A DNA stretch of 32,000 nt from NCBI GenBank assembly GCA_965250005.1, contig OZ252279.1, forward strand, positions 750,001 through 782,000, read 5' to 3'. This DNA is from Demequinaceae bacterium. GTDB lineage: Bacteria > Actinomycetota > Actinomycetes > Actinomycetales > Demequinaceae. Below are positions 10,487 through 20,396 of this stretch, piece by piece. Under the pieces are notes generated by a model, which was not told where the DNA came from, did not search any database, and was given only the letters and a program-made list of their open reading frames with translations. A program made the translations under genes and the position numbers. Numbering within the stretch: the stretch's first letter is position 1; the number at the start of each line of letters is the position of its first letter.

Positions 10487-11119
10487 ATGACCGAGAACTC
10501 CGGATCTGCCCCCAAGAAGCCCTCCCCAAAGAAGCGCGCCGCCACGCGGTCCGCAGCGAAGAAGTCCGCCTCAGGTGGCACGACACCAGCGCCCAAAAAA
10601 CGCGCCGCATCCGTCAAGGCGAAGAAGACCGCGTCCTCTTTGACACCCGCTCCCGGCATGCTCACGCCGCCAGCGCCGCCGCTGAAGAACCAAATCGCCC
10701 GTGAGCGGTCTCCAAAAACACAGACGGAGCAGCCAACCGCGTCGTCGGTCACCGCCAAGCCGATGCTCGAAAGTGACGCGCGCACGTTCTCCATGCTCCT
10801 CCACCTGTCGGCGATCCTGCTCGCCAGCGTAGGGCTTGGCTTTGCTGGGCCTCTAGTTTTTTGGCTGATGTACAAGGCCCGCAGCGCGCTCGTCGACCAG
10901 CACGGCAAACAAGAACTAAACCTGCAGATCACCCTCTACATCCTGGCGATCGGAGGTTTCGTCTTTTCCCTCGCAACGTGGGGATTCGGCGCGTTGGTAG
11001 TGCTGCCCTCGTTCATCATCTTCGCGGTGATTGCGCTCGTGTTCCAAATCATTGCCGCGGTTGCCGGGTACAAGGGCCAGTACTACAGGTACGGGATCGC
11101 ATTCCCCATCCTCAAGTAG
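10487..11119 (+). CDS. DUF4870-family membrane protein with ~90-aa Lys/Pro/Ala-rich N-terminal tail (paralog 3)
   Basis: The C-terminal 115 aa (FSMLLHLSAILL...GPLVFWLMYKARSALVDQHGKQELNLQIT...GQYYRYGIAFPILK) matches the family pattern. The N-terminus is APKKPSPKKRAATRSAAKKSASGGTTPAPKKRAASVKAKK. An in-frame TGA lies two codons upstream of the ATG. Confidence 0.8.
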   Translation: MTENSGSAPKKPSPKKRAATRSAAKKSASGGTTPAPKKRAASVKAKKTASSLTPAPGMLTPPAPPLKNQIARERSPKTQTEQPTASSVTAKPMLESDARTFSMLLHLSAILLASVGLGFAGPLVFWLMYKARSALVDQHGKQELNLQITLYILAIGGFVFSLATWGFGALVVLPSFIIFAVIALVFQIIAAVAGYKGQYYRYGIAFPILK

Positions 11120-11131
11120 CGGCGGCGGGCT

Positions 11132-12301
11132 CTAGGTAACCTGTCGAACCACGAGGTCCGCTAGTAGCCGTCCGCGCCGGGTCAACACCAAGGTGCCCGC
11201 GGCCAGCGCGAGTTCCTCGATTAAGCCGTCGGCGGCAAGTTGTGGGGCCTGCTCACGGGCGCGGACGGCCAGCAAATCCAGCGCCATTCCATCCGCCAGC
11301 CGGACGCCTAGCATCACGCGCTCAAGCGCGATTTGGTCACCCGTCAGGGTCTCGCGCTCCTGCTCAGGGCTCTTCCCCGCGGCGAGCCGCTCGCCGTAAG
11401 CGCGCGGGTGCTTGACATTCCACCAGCGCTGCGCTCCCTCGGCCGTGTGCGCCAGATAGGAATGCGCGCCGGGGCCCACGCCCCACCAGTCGTCGCCCTT
11501 CCAGTAGCCGATGTTGTGGCGGCACGCGTCTTTGGGCGTGCGCGCCCAGTTGCTCACCTCGTACCAGGAGAATCCCGCCACAGTAAAAGCCTCGTCAGCG
11601 AACTCGTACATCTTGGCCTGAACGTCGGGGATGACGGACGCGATTTTCCCGCGCCGCATTTGCGCGCCCATTTTGGTGCCCGGCTCGATGACCAGCGCGT
11701 AGGCGCTGAGGTGGTCGGGCTCGAGCTTGAGCGCAGCGTCCAAGCTGAGCTGCCAGTCACCTAAGGACTCCCCGGGGGTGCCGTAAATGAGGTCAAGCGA
11801 GACGTCGAGGCCCACTCCTCGCGCCCATCGCACGGCGCGTGCCACATTCTCAGGATTGTGCGTACGCTCCAGCGTGGCGAGCACGTGTGGCACGGCCGAC
11901 TGCATCCCGAAGCTCACGCGAGTAAACCCCGCGGCCCTGAGGCTGGCCATGGATTCCTCGCTGACCGAGTCCGGGTTCGCCTCCGTTGTCACCTCAGCGT
12001 CCGCAGCGATCCCCCATGTGTCCCGCACGCCGTCTAGCAGGCGGCCGAGGGCGGCGGTGTCGAGCAGAGTGGGCGTGCCGCCGCCAAAGAAGACGGTAGC
12101 TGCCTGGCGCGTGTCGTCCCCCATCACGCCGCGCGCGAAGGCCATCTCCGCGAGTGCCGCCTCGACGTAGCCCTCGGGCGATGCGCCGTCCAACTCACCT
12201 GGCGCGTACGTATTGAAGTCGCAGTACCCGCACCGGACAGAGCAGAACGGCACGTGGACATAAACGCCGAAGCGCCGAGCACTAGCTCCGGTGGCGTCCA
12301 C
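11132..12301 (-). CDS. hemW: radical SAM heme chaperone HemW (HemN-like)
   Basis: Radical-SAM motif VHVPFCSVRCGYCDFNTY and the HemN C-terminal domain. GTG at 12301 shares one base with the lepA stop TAG (12303-12301). The longer ORF-track N-terminus (to 12466) lies inside lepA and is rejected. Confidence 0.9.
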   Translation of the reverse strand: MDATGASARRFGVYVHVPFCSVRCGYCDFNTYAPGELDGASPEGYVEAALAEMAFARGVMGDDTRQAATVFFGGGTPTLLDTAALGRLLDGVRDTWGIAADAEVTTEANPDSVSEESMASLRAAGFTRVSFGMQSAVPHVLATLERTHNPENVARAVRWARGVGLDVSLDLIYGTPGESLGDWQLSLDAALKLEPDHLSAYALVIEPGTKMGAQMRRGKIASVIPDVQAKMYEFADEAFTVAGFSWYEVSNWARTPKDACRHNIGYWKGDDWWGVGPGAHSYLAHTAEGAQRWWNVKHPRAYGERLAAGKSPEQERETLTGDQIALERVMLGVRLADGMALDLLAVRAREQAPQLAADGLIEELALAAGTLVLTRRGRLLADLVVRQVT

Positions 12302-14220
12302 TACTTCTTCTTGCCGCCCTTGTCGGAGCTGTCGTCTGAGGTGCTCAGCGCGGCGATAAACGCCTCCGGCGGGACCTCGACAGACCCGATGTTCTTCATG
12401 CGCTTCTTTCCTGCCTTCTGCTTCTCGAGGAGCTTGCGCTTGCGGCTGATGTCGCCCCCGTAGCACTTGGCAAGCACATCCTTACGTATGGCCCGCACTG
12501 TCTCGCGGGCGATCACGCGCGCTCCGATCGCGGCCTGGATGGGCACCTCAAACTGCTGGCGGTCAATGAGGTCTTTGAGCTTGGTGACCATCTGGAGCCC
12601 GTAAGCGTAGGCCGCATCCTTGTGGACCACCGCGCTGAACGCGTCGACCGGCTCGCCCTGAAGAAGAATGTCCACCTTGACCAGGTCGCCAACCTGTTCA
12701 CCGTCGGGGTCGTAGTCAAGCGAGCCGTACCCGCGCGTGCGCGACTTGAGCTGATCAAAGAAGTCAAAAACAATCTCCGCAAGCGGCAGCGTGTAGTGCA
12801 TCTCCACGCGCTCGGCGCTCAGGTAGTTCATCACGCCCATCGTTCCGCGACGCTCTTGGCACAACTCCATCACGGCGCCAATAAACTCGCTGGGAACCAG
12901 GATGGTCGCCTTCACCACGGGCTCCCTTACCGCGCCAATTTTGCCGCCGGGGAACTCGCTGGGGTTGGTGACCTCGATCTCTTTCCCGTCGTCCATTTCC
13001 ACGTGGTAGACCACGTTAGGGGCCGTCGAAATGAGGTCGATGCCAAACTCGCGCTCCAGCCGGTCGCGCACGATTTCGAGATGGAGCAGGCCCAGATAAC
13101 CGCATCGGAAGCCGAACCCGAGGGCAACGGAGTTCTCGGGCTCGTAAACCAACGAGGCATCGTTGAGTTGAAGCTTGTCTAGCGCCTCGCGCAAAACTGG
13201 AAAGTCGCTGCCGTCGAGCGGGAACAGCCCCGAATAAACCATGGGGCGCGGCTCGCGGTACCCGCCTAGCGACTCGACCGCTCGCGCGTTGGCCAACGTC
13301 ACAGTGTCACCAACCTTGGACAGGCGAACGTCCTTCACGCCGGTGATGAGGTAGCCGACCTCGCCCACGCCGAGCCCCTTGGACGGAGTGGGCTCAGGCG
13401 AACTGACACCGATCTCGAGCAGGTCGTGAGTCGCCTTGGTGGACATCATCGCGATCGAGTCCTTGGAGGATAGATGACCGTCGACCACCCGAATGTAGGT
13501 GACCACGCCGCGATAGGTGTCGTAGACCGAGTCGAAAATCATGGCCCGCGTGGGTCCAGACGCGTCGCCCGTCGGCGGAGGAATGTCTCGCACCACTCGG
13601 TCAAGCAGTTCTGGGACACCCCGCCCGGTCTTGCCGCTGACCCGCATCACGTCGTCGGGCTCGCAACCGACCAGCTTGGCGAGTTCAGCCGCGTACCGCT
13701 CAGGGTCCGCCGACGGCAGGTCAATCTTGTTGAGCACAGGAATGATCGTGAGGTCGTTCTCCATCGCAAGGTACAAGTTTGCGAGAGTCTGGGCCTCGAT
13801 GCCCTGCGCCGCGTCAACCAGCAGAACGGCTCCCTCGCAAGCGGCCAGGCTCCTGGACACCTCGTAAGAGAAGTCGACGTGACCCGGGGTGTCGATCATG
13901 TTCAGTGCGCGGGGGGCGCCGTCGACTATCCATGGCATCCGCACGGCCTGAGACTTGATGGTGATGCCACGCTCGCGCTCAATGTCCATGCGGTCAAGGT
14001 ATTGGTCGCGCATATCGCGCTGGTCTACGATCCCCGTGAGCTGCAGCATCCGGTCTGCGAGTGTGGACTTGCCGTGGTCGATGTGCGCGATGATGCTGAA
14101 ATTCCGGATGAGTTCCGGAGCAGTCGAGGCGGGCTCGATGCGCTTGTCAGCAGGCACGGCAGTCTGGATTCCTTTTCTCCGAGGGCGTGCCCCATGGTCC
14201 CACGGTTTGCCACCATTCAT
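12301..14220 (-). CDS. lepA: translation elongation factor 4 (LepA)
   Basis: [32 protein letters not shown], and the LepA C-terminal domain ending in a Lys-rich tail. The start is uncertain. The first ATG with a plausible N-terminal extension is 14220. The ORF-track start at 14406 would overlap the divergent GGDEF gene. Confidence 0.93.
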   Translation of the reverse strand: MNGGKPWDHGARPRRKGIQTAVPADKRIEPASTAPELIRNFSIIAHIDHGKSTLADRMLQLTGIVDQRDMRDQYLDRMDIERERGITIKSQAVRMPWIVDGAPRALNMIDTPGHVDFSYEVSRSLAACEGAVLLVDAAQGIEAQTLANLYLAMENDLTIIPVLNKIDLPSADPERYAAELAKLVGCEPDDVMRVSGKTGRGVPELLDRVVRDIPPPTGDASGPTRAMIFDSVYDTYRGVVTYIRVVDGHLSSKDSIAMMSTKATHDLLEIGVSSPEPTPSKGLGVGEVGYLITGVKDVRLSKVGDTVTLANARAVESLGGYREPRPMVYSGLFPLDGSDFPVLREALDKLQLNDASLVYEPENSVALGFGFRCGYLGLLHLEIVRDRLEREFGIDLISTAPNVVYHVEMDDGKEIEVTNPSEFPGGKIGAVREPVVKATILVPSEFIGAVMELCQERRGTMGVMNYLSAERVEMHYTLPLAEIVFDFFDQLKSRTRGYGSLDYDPDGEQVGDLVKVDILLQGEPVDAFSAVVHKDAAYAYGLQMVTKLKDLIDRQQFEVPIQAAIGARVIARETVRAIRKDVLAKCYGGDISRKRKLLEKQKAGKKRMKNIGSVEVPPEAFIAALSTSDDSSDKGGKKK

Positions 14221-14303
14221 GTGCTGCGCTAATGTGCCGATAGTTTCTGCGGGATTCACCGCGCTGTCGCGCGGCCATGTCAAAACTGAGAGAGGAAGGC
14301 GTG

Positions 14304-16007
14304 ATGTCTGTAAACGACGACCTCTTTCGCTCCACTTTTCGCGACTCCCCCATTGGGATGGCTGTCCTCGATCACGAAGGACGCTACACCGAGCTGAACA
14401 CCGCATTCGCCCGCATGCTTGGCATGCTGGCGGAAACCCTTACCAAGAGACATTTCTCCGAGTTCACGCACCCCGATGACCTGCCCCGCGACCTGGAACT
14501 CTTCGAGCAACTAATCGCCGGTGACTTCCCGTACTTCCAGATCCAGAAGCGCTACATAGACGCGCAGGGAGACACGGTGTGGTGTCGCGTAACCGTGACC
14601 GCGACAGAAGACTTCGAGGAAACGTCCCGTCAGTACATCGCGCAGATCGAGGACATCACCGCGTTCAGGCGCGCTACCGACTTGCTCGAGCACCGTACGC
14701 TGTACGACCCTCTCACGGGGCTTGCCAACCGCACTCTGCTGGTTGACCGGCTGACCCACGCGCTCGCAAGCCATTCTGGTAGGCCAAATACCGTTGGAGT
14801 CGTCTTTATGGACGTCGATCACTTCAACGTTGTCAACGACTCACTCGGCCACGCGGCCGGCGATCAACTCCTAGCGGAGATCGGCAAGCGGATACAGGGA
14901 GCCGTCCGCGCGGGAGACACCGTGGCTAGGTTGGGCGGAGACGAGTTCGTTCTTGTTTTCGAGAACATCATGTCACTAGCGGAGGCGCAGGGCCTGGCGG
15001 CTGTTGTGACCGCCGCTGTCCAGACGCCCATCGAGGTGGCGGAACACGAGGTCGTGCCAACCGTGAGCGCAGGCCTGGCCCTGGCGCACGGAGATATCAC
15101 AGCCGAGACACTGATCCGCGACGCGGACACGGCGATGTACGCGGCAAAGGAATCTGGGCGCGCCAAAATCGAGGTCTTCAGCTCGAATCTCCGCCAAAGC
15201 GCGCTGCACCGTTTATCCATCGAGGCGGAGTTGCGCACGGCGGTCCGCGACGGTGAACTCACCGTGCACTACCAGCCGGTGATCGACATGCTCACCGAAC
15301 AAATTGCGGCGTACGAGGCCCTTGTCCGCTGGGAACACCCCACCCGCGGACTGCTGCTACCCAAGCACTTCATCGAGATCTCAGAGGAATCTAATCTCGT
15401 CGTTCCACTCGGGGCCTTCGTCCTCCACGAGGCGTGCGCCTTCATCTCACGCCATCCCGAATTTGCGGGTCGCGTATTCATCAACGTCTCGACCCGGCAA
15501 ATCGGCACGGCAGATCTCACGCGAGCGGTCAAGTCCGCGCTAGCGTCTTCCGGAGTAGACCCGCGCCGCATCGCACTTGAAATTACGGAGTCCGGGATGC
15601 TCACCGCGACCAAGGTCGCGCGCGCGGACCTTGAGAGCATCGCCGCCCTAGGCGTGGACCTCGTCCTGGACGACTTTGGGACCGGCTACTCGTCTCTTGC
15701 CTCCGTTCTGCAGAACCCCATCTCGGGCCTGAAGCTCTCGCGCGAGTTCTCCTCGCGCCTGGGCGACGACAGCACGGGAGATCGCATCTCAACCGCCGTA
15801 GCCAACTTGACCCGCAGCATCGGCATGTACGGCGTGGTCGAAGGCATCGAAACCAAAGCCCAATACGAGCGAGCCAAAGAACACGGCTGGACCTACGGTC
15901 AGGGTTACCTCTTCGGTTACCCCACCCCGGAACACGAACTGCCCTTCGAGACCACCGGGCGCACAGCGTTGGCGCACTCGGCGCGGAGGGTGAAAGGAAC
16001 GGCGTGA
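14304..16007 (+). CDS. PAS - GGDEF - EAL c-di-GMP turnover protein (both catalytic motifs intact)
   Basis: PAS ([24 protein letters not shown]...), GGDEF ([11 protein letters not shown]) with the I-site RAGD 5 residues upstream, and EAL motifs ([33 protein letters not shown]). ATG 14304 is preceded by GAGGAAGG. ATG 14277 is the alternative start. Confidence 0.93.
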   Translation: MSVNDDLFRSTFRDSPIGMAVLDHEGRYTELNTAFARMLGMLAETLTKRHFSEFTHPDDLPRDLELFEQLIAGDFPYFQIQKRYIDAQGDTVWCRVTVTATEDFEETSRQYIAQIEDITAFRRATDLLEHRTLYDPLTGLANRTLLVDRLTHALASHSGRPNTVGVVFMDVDHFNVVNDSLGHAAGDQLLAEIGKRIQGAVRAGDTVARLGGDEFVLVFENIMSLAEAQGLAAVVTAAVQTPIEVAEHEVVPTVSAGLALAHGDITAETLIRDADTAMYAAKESGRAKIEVFSSNLRQSALHRLSIEAELRTAVRDGELTVHYQPVIDMLTEQIAAYEALVRWEHPTRGLLLPKHFIEISEESNLVVPLGAFVLHEACAFISRHPEFAGRVFINVSTRQIGTADLTRAVKSALASSGVDPRRIALEITESGMLTATKVARADLESIAALGVDLVLDDFGTGYSSLASVLQNPISGLKLSREFSSRLGDDSTGDRISTAVANLTRSIGMYGVVEGIETKAQYERAKEHGWTYGQGYLFGYPTPEHELPFETTGRTALAHSARRVKGTA

Positions 16008-16630
16008 GCTCATCTGGACGCGACCTATTTCGCGACCTTGCCGTCGCGACAATCAACGCCCTGACCAAAGATGGCTCTGCGCTCCGAAGCAAGCGGTCGG
16101 CCAGAGTTCGGCCGACCGCCAAGCCAGAACCCCGCGCAAAGTCCAAGCCCCGCTCGAAGCCGAAACCCAAGTCACCCGCGAAACCCCGCGGCAAGGCGCC
16201 ATCGAGCCCGCCACTCAGTGATGTGTACCCCGGAGACTTCACATCGCGCGCCACGGTCATCTATTCGCCTGACCCCGACGGCCAGCCGGACCCTGGCGAA
16301 GTTGTTTGGACATGGGTCCCTTACGAAGAGGACTTCACACAAGGCAAGGATCGACCGGTGCTACTAGTAGCCCACGACGGCGACTGGCTGCTCGGACTTA
16401 TGCTAACCAGCCAAGACCACGATCGGGACGCGGCCGACGAAGCGCGGTGGGGTCGCTACTGGATCGACGTTGGCAGCGGAGCGTGGGACTCAAAGGGTCG
16501 GCCGAGCGAAGCCCGGTTGGATAGAATCTTGCGCGTCAACCCTGAGTCCGTTAGGCGCGAGGGCGCGGTTCTCAAGCGCAAAGTCTTTGACCAGGTGAAG
16601 AAGGCTCTTGCGGTGACCAACGGCTGGTAG
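16004..16630 (+). CDS. MazF/PemK-fold protein with basic disordered N-terminal extension; no adjacent antitoxin
   Basis: Its GTG start overlaps the GGDEF-EAL stop (GTGA, 16004-16007). The core (aa ~83-208) shows the PemK-like pattern GEVVWTWVPYEEDFTQGKDRPVLLVA, LLGLMLTSQ, PSEARLDRILRVNPESVRREGAVL. Residues 28-66 are RSKRSARVRPTAKPEPRAKSKPRSKPKPKSPAKPRGK. Confidence 0.6.
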   Translation: MSSSGRDLFRDLAVATINALTKDGSALRSKRSARVRPTAKPEPRAKSKPRSKPKPKSPAKPRGKAPSSPPLSDVYPGDFTSRATVIYSPDPDGQPDPGEVVWTWVPYEEDFTQGKDRPVLLVAHDGDWLLGLMLTSQDHDRDAADEARWGRYWIDVGSGAWDSKGRPSEARLDRILRVNPESVRREGAVLKRKVFDQVKKALAVTNGW

Positions 16631-16702
16631 CATTGGTCTTCGCGTGCGCGCCCTTTCGGGACGCCACCATCATGACTTCAACTCACGTACAAGGAACCCC
16701 CT

Positions 16703-16963
16703 GTGGCAAATATCAAGTCGAAGATCAAGCGGATCGGGACCAACGAGAAGGCCCGCGTCCGCAACGTCGCTGTGCGCTCGGAGCTCAGGACTCACGTCCG
16801 CCGCGTTCGCGAGGCCGTTGCAGCCGGCGACAAGAAGAGTGCAGAGACCGCCCTCAAGTCTGCTTCCGTCAAACTCGACAAAGCCGCCGCCAAGGGCGTT
16901 ATCCACCAGAATCAGGCAGCCAACCGAAAGTCGGCGCTCGCCGTGCAGGTCGCGGCCCTCTAG
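16703..16963 (+). CDS. rpsT: 30S ribosomal protein S20
   Basis: 86 aa, [21 protein letters not shown]...[19 protein letters not shown] start with AAGGAA 7 nt upstream. Confidence 0.95.
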   Translation: MANIKSKIKRIGTNEKARVRNVAVRSELRTHVRRVREAVAAGDKKSAETALKSASVKLDKAAAKGVIHQNQAANRKSALAVQVAAL

Positions 16964-17053
16964 CCCACCCGCACCATAGGCGCCACTCGGTAGCGCGCGC
17001 ACCATCGTCTTTGGTCCGCATGGCCCCCTGTCACGGCGCCAGCGCGCACTGAA

Positions 17054-18073
17054 CTAAGCTTGGTCGGCGGCTAGCGCCGCCACCTGGCGCACCGCACGTT
17101 CAATCGCGAACCGCGGATGCCTGCCAGCGCCCTTGATCTGTGCGTCGGCCTCCGCAACAGTTTCTATCGCCTTCGCAATCCTGTCCGCATCCCAGTGCCG
17201 CAGGTCCCGTCGCGCGCGATCCACCTGCCACGGCGCCAACCCCAGGTCTCTTGCCGGGTCGAGGCCTCGCCCCCGCGAGGCCCCTACTTTGGCCAGAGTT
17301 CTCAGTTTGGAGGCGAGCGCCGCAACGAGCGGGACTGGATCCGTTCCGCTGTTGAGTGCGTGGCGTACCAGTGCGAGAGACTCCGCCGCCTTGCCCACTA
17401 TTGCGGCGTCGGCCACGGCAAAACCCGTGGCATTGACGCGCGTGCCGTAGTACTTGGCAACGGCGGCCTCGTCGATAGTTCCACTGACGTCGCTCGAGAG
17501 CTGCAAGCAGGCGGCAGCCAGTTCCGGGAGATCGCCTCCGACCGCGTCGACCAGCGCGCGCAGTCCGGCTGCAACGGCTTTGCGCTCGGCACGGGCGAAC
17601 TCAGACGCGACAAAGTCGACAAACTCGGAGTCGCGCTTGACCGCTGCACACGTGTACTCGGCGGCGTTCGCCGAGCGCAGGGCTTCCAGGACCTTCTTGC
17701 CTCGCACGGCCCCGGAGTGCTGGACAACCACGACGACCTCCGGGTCTGGCGCAGAGATGTACTCGAGCGCGTCTTTGGCAAGGTCGTCATTCATGGTCTC
17801 GGCGCCGTCGATGACAACCACCCCGGGCTCCTCAAACAGCGAGGGACTCGCGGCCGACCGGAGGCCCCCGCGCGTGTACCCTGCCGCGCTCAATCGCGTC
17901 ACCGCTACCGTTCCGCGGGCCTCGCGGACGCTCGCGGCGATGGTGTCGATCGCCCGCGTGGCGAGCAATTGCTCCGGCCCGGATACCAGGACCAGTGGGG
18001 CTGGCGCCGCCGAAGCCCAGGTTTTCGCCACGGGGTTGCCCCCTGCTGATCGGCCCGCTCTCTGTCCCGCCAT
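17054..18073 (-). CDS. holA: DNA polymerase III subunit delta
   Basis: N-terminal LVLVSGPEQLLATRAID, a central LFEEPGVVVIDGAE, and a C-terminal helical domain, in the conserved rpsT/holA/comEC context. The start is ATG 18073 or GTG 18031 (the latter preceded by AGGGGG). Either lies inside the comEC reading frame. Confidence 0.85.
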   Translation of the reverse strand: MAGQRAGRSAGGNPVAKTWASAAPAPLVLVSGPEQLLATRAIDTIAASVREARGTVAVTRLSAAGYTRGGLRSAASPSLFEEPGVVVIDGAETMNDDLAKDALEYISAPDPEVVVVVQHSGAVRGKKVLEALRSANAAEYTCAAVKRDSEFVDFVASEFARAERKAVAAGLRALVDAVGGDLPELAAACLQLSSDVSGTIDEAAVAKYYGTRVNATGFAVADAAIVGKAAESLALVRHALNSGTDPVPLVAALASKLRTLAKVGASRGRGLDPARDLGLAPWQVDRARRDLRHWDADRIAKAIETVAEADAQIKGAGRHPRFAIERAVRQVAALAADQA

Positions 18074-20396
18074 GCGCCAAGCCTGCCACGGCCTGCGGAC
18101 ACCGTGCGAACGCGAGCGGTGGGGCGCCGGGCACAAAGTCCACGTCCCCGCACTCGTCGGTCCTCAGCACGCGCGCACCTGTCCCACGGTAGAGATCGAG
18201 CGCGGCCGTCGTTGGGTGACCGTACGTGTTGTCACCCCCCACGCTCACAACGGCGAATCGGGCGCTGATCCGCGCCGCGAGACCCGGATCTTGCCGCCTG
18301 GATCCATGGTGCGGAATCTTGACGACATCCACCACAACGGCGGAAGGAAGCTCGCGCAGAAGCGCCCGCTGGCCCGCGTTCTCCAGGTCGCCGAGCGCGA
18401 GCACGGTCAGACCACCTGCCATTGCGCGAACAACCAGGCTCGCATCGTTGAGATTGGGGCCTTCATTCCCGCCGCGCGGTTCAAAACTCCAAACTTCGAG
18501 CACGACGTCACCAACGCGCACTTGCGCGCCAGCGATTGGCGCGCGGACAGTCACGCCCTCGTTCGCCAGGATGCGGGCCGCGGTACCCCGCTCCCCCCGT
18601 AGCCCGACCGCCGGCACCCATGCCTCCCCGACGTCCGCATGAGCGAGCAGGTCACGCACGCCGCCGTCGTGGTCCGCGTGCGGGTGCGTGAGCACCAGCA
18701 AGGGCACCGAATCCACGCTGTGCCGCGTGAGACATTCCGCGCCACCTCCCCCGGGAGGACCCGAGTCGATGACAATCGCGCTGCTTCTCCCGGTGCGTAG
18801 CAGCAGCATGTCCCCCTGCCCCACGTCGCACGCAGCGATCGACCAGTCATCTGGGGCCGACGCGGCCCGCGTCACTTGGGCGCCCCACACCGCGGGCGTC
18901 GCCGCCACCATTGAGCAGGCGGCGACCAGCCCCGCGAGGCGCGCCCACCCGCGTACCCGCCGTACCACGGTTGCTGCGACTAGCGCTGCGCTCACCACGC
19001 CTGCGAGCAGCGCGCCGACAAGTCCAGCAGGCCACGGCACCCACGCGCCCGGTAGTGCGGCGAAACCCGCGGCCGACCACGCGATCGGCCACGCAAATGC
19101 TGAGGCCGCCCACGCGAACACAACACCGAGGGGCGCCCACAGTGCGCCCGCGACTAGCGCAACGACGCCGACCAACGTGACCCCGATCGCAAATGGGACC
19201 GCAACCATGTTGGCGGGTATCGCGTAAGCGCCTGCTCCGGGGTTGAACAGGACAAGAATCGGCAGGCACGCGAACTGGGCTGCGATCGGAATTGACGCGA
19301 GTTTGGCGAGGGCTGGCGTGAAGATCTTCTCGCACACGCGCGCCACATGCGGCGCCCACAGCGCGATCCCCGCTGTCGCGGCAACCGAGAGGGCGAAGCC
19401 GAACGACAACGAGAGGTACGGGTCGATGATCAACAGCCCAATGACGGCACTCGCCAGTGCGGGCAGGGCCTGAGCCGGCCTACCCCACCACAGGGCAAGC
19501 GCGAGGACCGCACCCATCCACCCGGCCCGCACCACACTCGGATCTGGAAAAACCACGGCGATGAAACCCGCCATGACCGCTGCGAGCACCACGACGCGCG
19601 CGGGCCGCTTCCACCGCAGCGCGCGTGTCGCGGCGCCAGCAGCAATCGCGAGGATCGCGAAGTGCGCGCCAGAGACTGCGGTGAGGTGCGTAAGGCTCGT
19701 CACCCGCATGTCCGCAGCCTGAGCGGCGCCCATCTGCTCCGTGTCTCCGATCACCATCCCAACCGTGAGGCCACGAACGGTTCCCGGTAGCCCGCTAGCT
19801 GATGTGCGCAGTCGCTCACGCAGGTAGGCGACTACCTGTGCGTGCCGCGGGCCTTCAGACGTCATGAGCAGTTCTGCCTGCCACGCGATCGCGACGTTTC
19901 TGCCTCGCCCTCCTTCGCTCAAACGCACGCGCGCGACCACCGTTTGCCCGTACTCGACGACTCCCCAATCGCCGCCAACTAGCGTGACCTCAGCACGCGT
20001 CGCCTGAGTTGCGCCACCTGCCCCCCAGGCCGACAGTCGGACGGGCACGCGCCAACGTTCGGTACCGCCGTGTGCAGCCACCGACGTCGCCGAGGGCTCA
20101 CGCAGCACCTGCCCGACGACCACCACTTCGCGGCCGTCCATGGCTTCGCGGATTCCGCCGCTCCACAGGACCTGCTCGTGCCACGAAGTCGTCACCGTCA
20201 CCGCAATCACCGCTGCGAGCGCGAACCACCACTGTCCGTGGGGCCTCACGGGTCGAACGAGCAGTGTCAGCAGCGCCGCCGCGACGCCGGCGGCAGCCCA
20301 CCAAGCCGGGTGGACGAGGCTCGCCGCAAGTGACCCGGCAACCACGTAGGCGCCGATGGCCGCGGGCACCAGTCGAGCGTCGTGACGTGGCTTCAC
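17832..20396 (-). CDS. comEC: DNA internalization competence protein ComEC/Rec2
   Basis: 854 aa. A multi-TM competence domain plus a C-terminal metallo-beta-lactamase fold (LVLTHPHADHDGG, KIPHHGS, VLRTDECGDVDF). Its GTG start overlaps the comEA stop (GTGA). The last ~99 codons are Arg/Gly/Pro-rich and overlap holA out of frame. Confidence 0.9.
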   Translation of the reverse strand: MKPRHDARLVPAAIGAYVVAGSLAASLVHPAWWAAAGVAAALLTLLVRPVRPHGQWWFALAAVIAVTVTTSWHEQVLWSGGIREAMDGREVVVVGQVLREPSATSVAAHGGTERWRVPVRLSAWGAGGATQATRAEVTLVGGDWGVVEYGQTVVARVRLSEGGRGRNVAIAWQAELLMTSEGPRHAQVVAYLRERLRTSASGLPGTVRGLTVGMVIGDTEQMGAAQAADMRVTSLTHLTAVSGAHFAILAIAAGAATRALRWKRPARVVVLAAVMAGFIAVVFPDPSVVRAGWMGAVLALALWWGRPAQALPALASAVIGLLIIDPYLSLSFGFALSVAATAGIALWAPHVARVCEKIFTPALAKLASIPIAAQFACLPILVLFNPGAGAYAIPANMVAVPFAIGVTLVGVVALVAGALWAPLGVVFAWAASAFAWPIAWSAAGFAALPGAWVPWPAGLVGALLAGVVSAALVAATVVRRVRGWARLAGLVAACSMVAATPAVWGAQVTRAASAPDDWSIAACDVGQGDMLLLRTGRSSAIVIDSGPPGGGGAECLTRHSVDSVPLLVLTHPHADHDGGVRDLLAHADVGEAWVPAVGLRGERGTAARILANEGVTVRAPIAGAQVRVGDVVLEVWSFEPRGGNEGPNLNDASLVVRAMAGGLTVLALGDLENAGQRALLRELPSAVVVDVVKIPHHGSRRQDPGLAARISARFAVVSVGGDNTYGHPTTAALDLYRGTGARVLRTDECGDVDFVPGAPPLAFARCPQAVAGLAHGGTESGPISRGQPRGENLGFGGASPTGPGIRAGAIARHAGDRHHRRERPRGPRNGSGDAIERGRVHARGPPVGRESLAV

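Noticed and set aside
16004-16630. Calling the MazF/PemK-fold gene a classical type II toxin-antitoxin module
   Set aside because: No antitoxin-sized ORF lies upstream or downstream, and the gene sits in core-genome context with no mobile-element hallmarks. It is therefore reported as an orphan MazF-fold protein with an unusual partner, not as a TA system.
16964-17053. An expected terminator between the convergent rpsT and holA genes
   Set aside because: The region has only GC-rich imperfect direct repeats (AGCGCGCGCAC / CAGCGCGCAC). I could find no convincing stem-loop with a T-tract, so no terminator is called.
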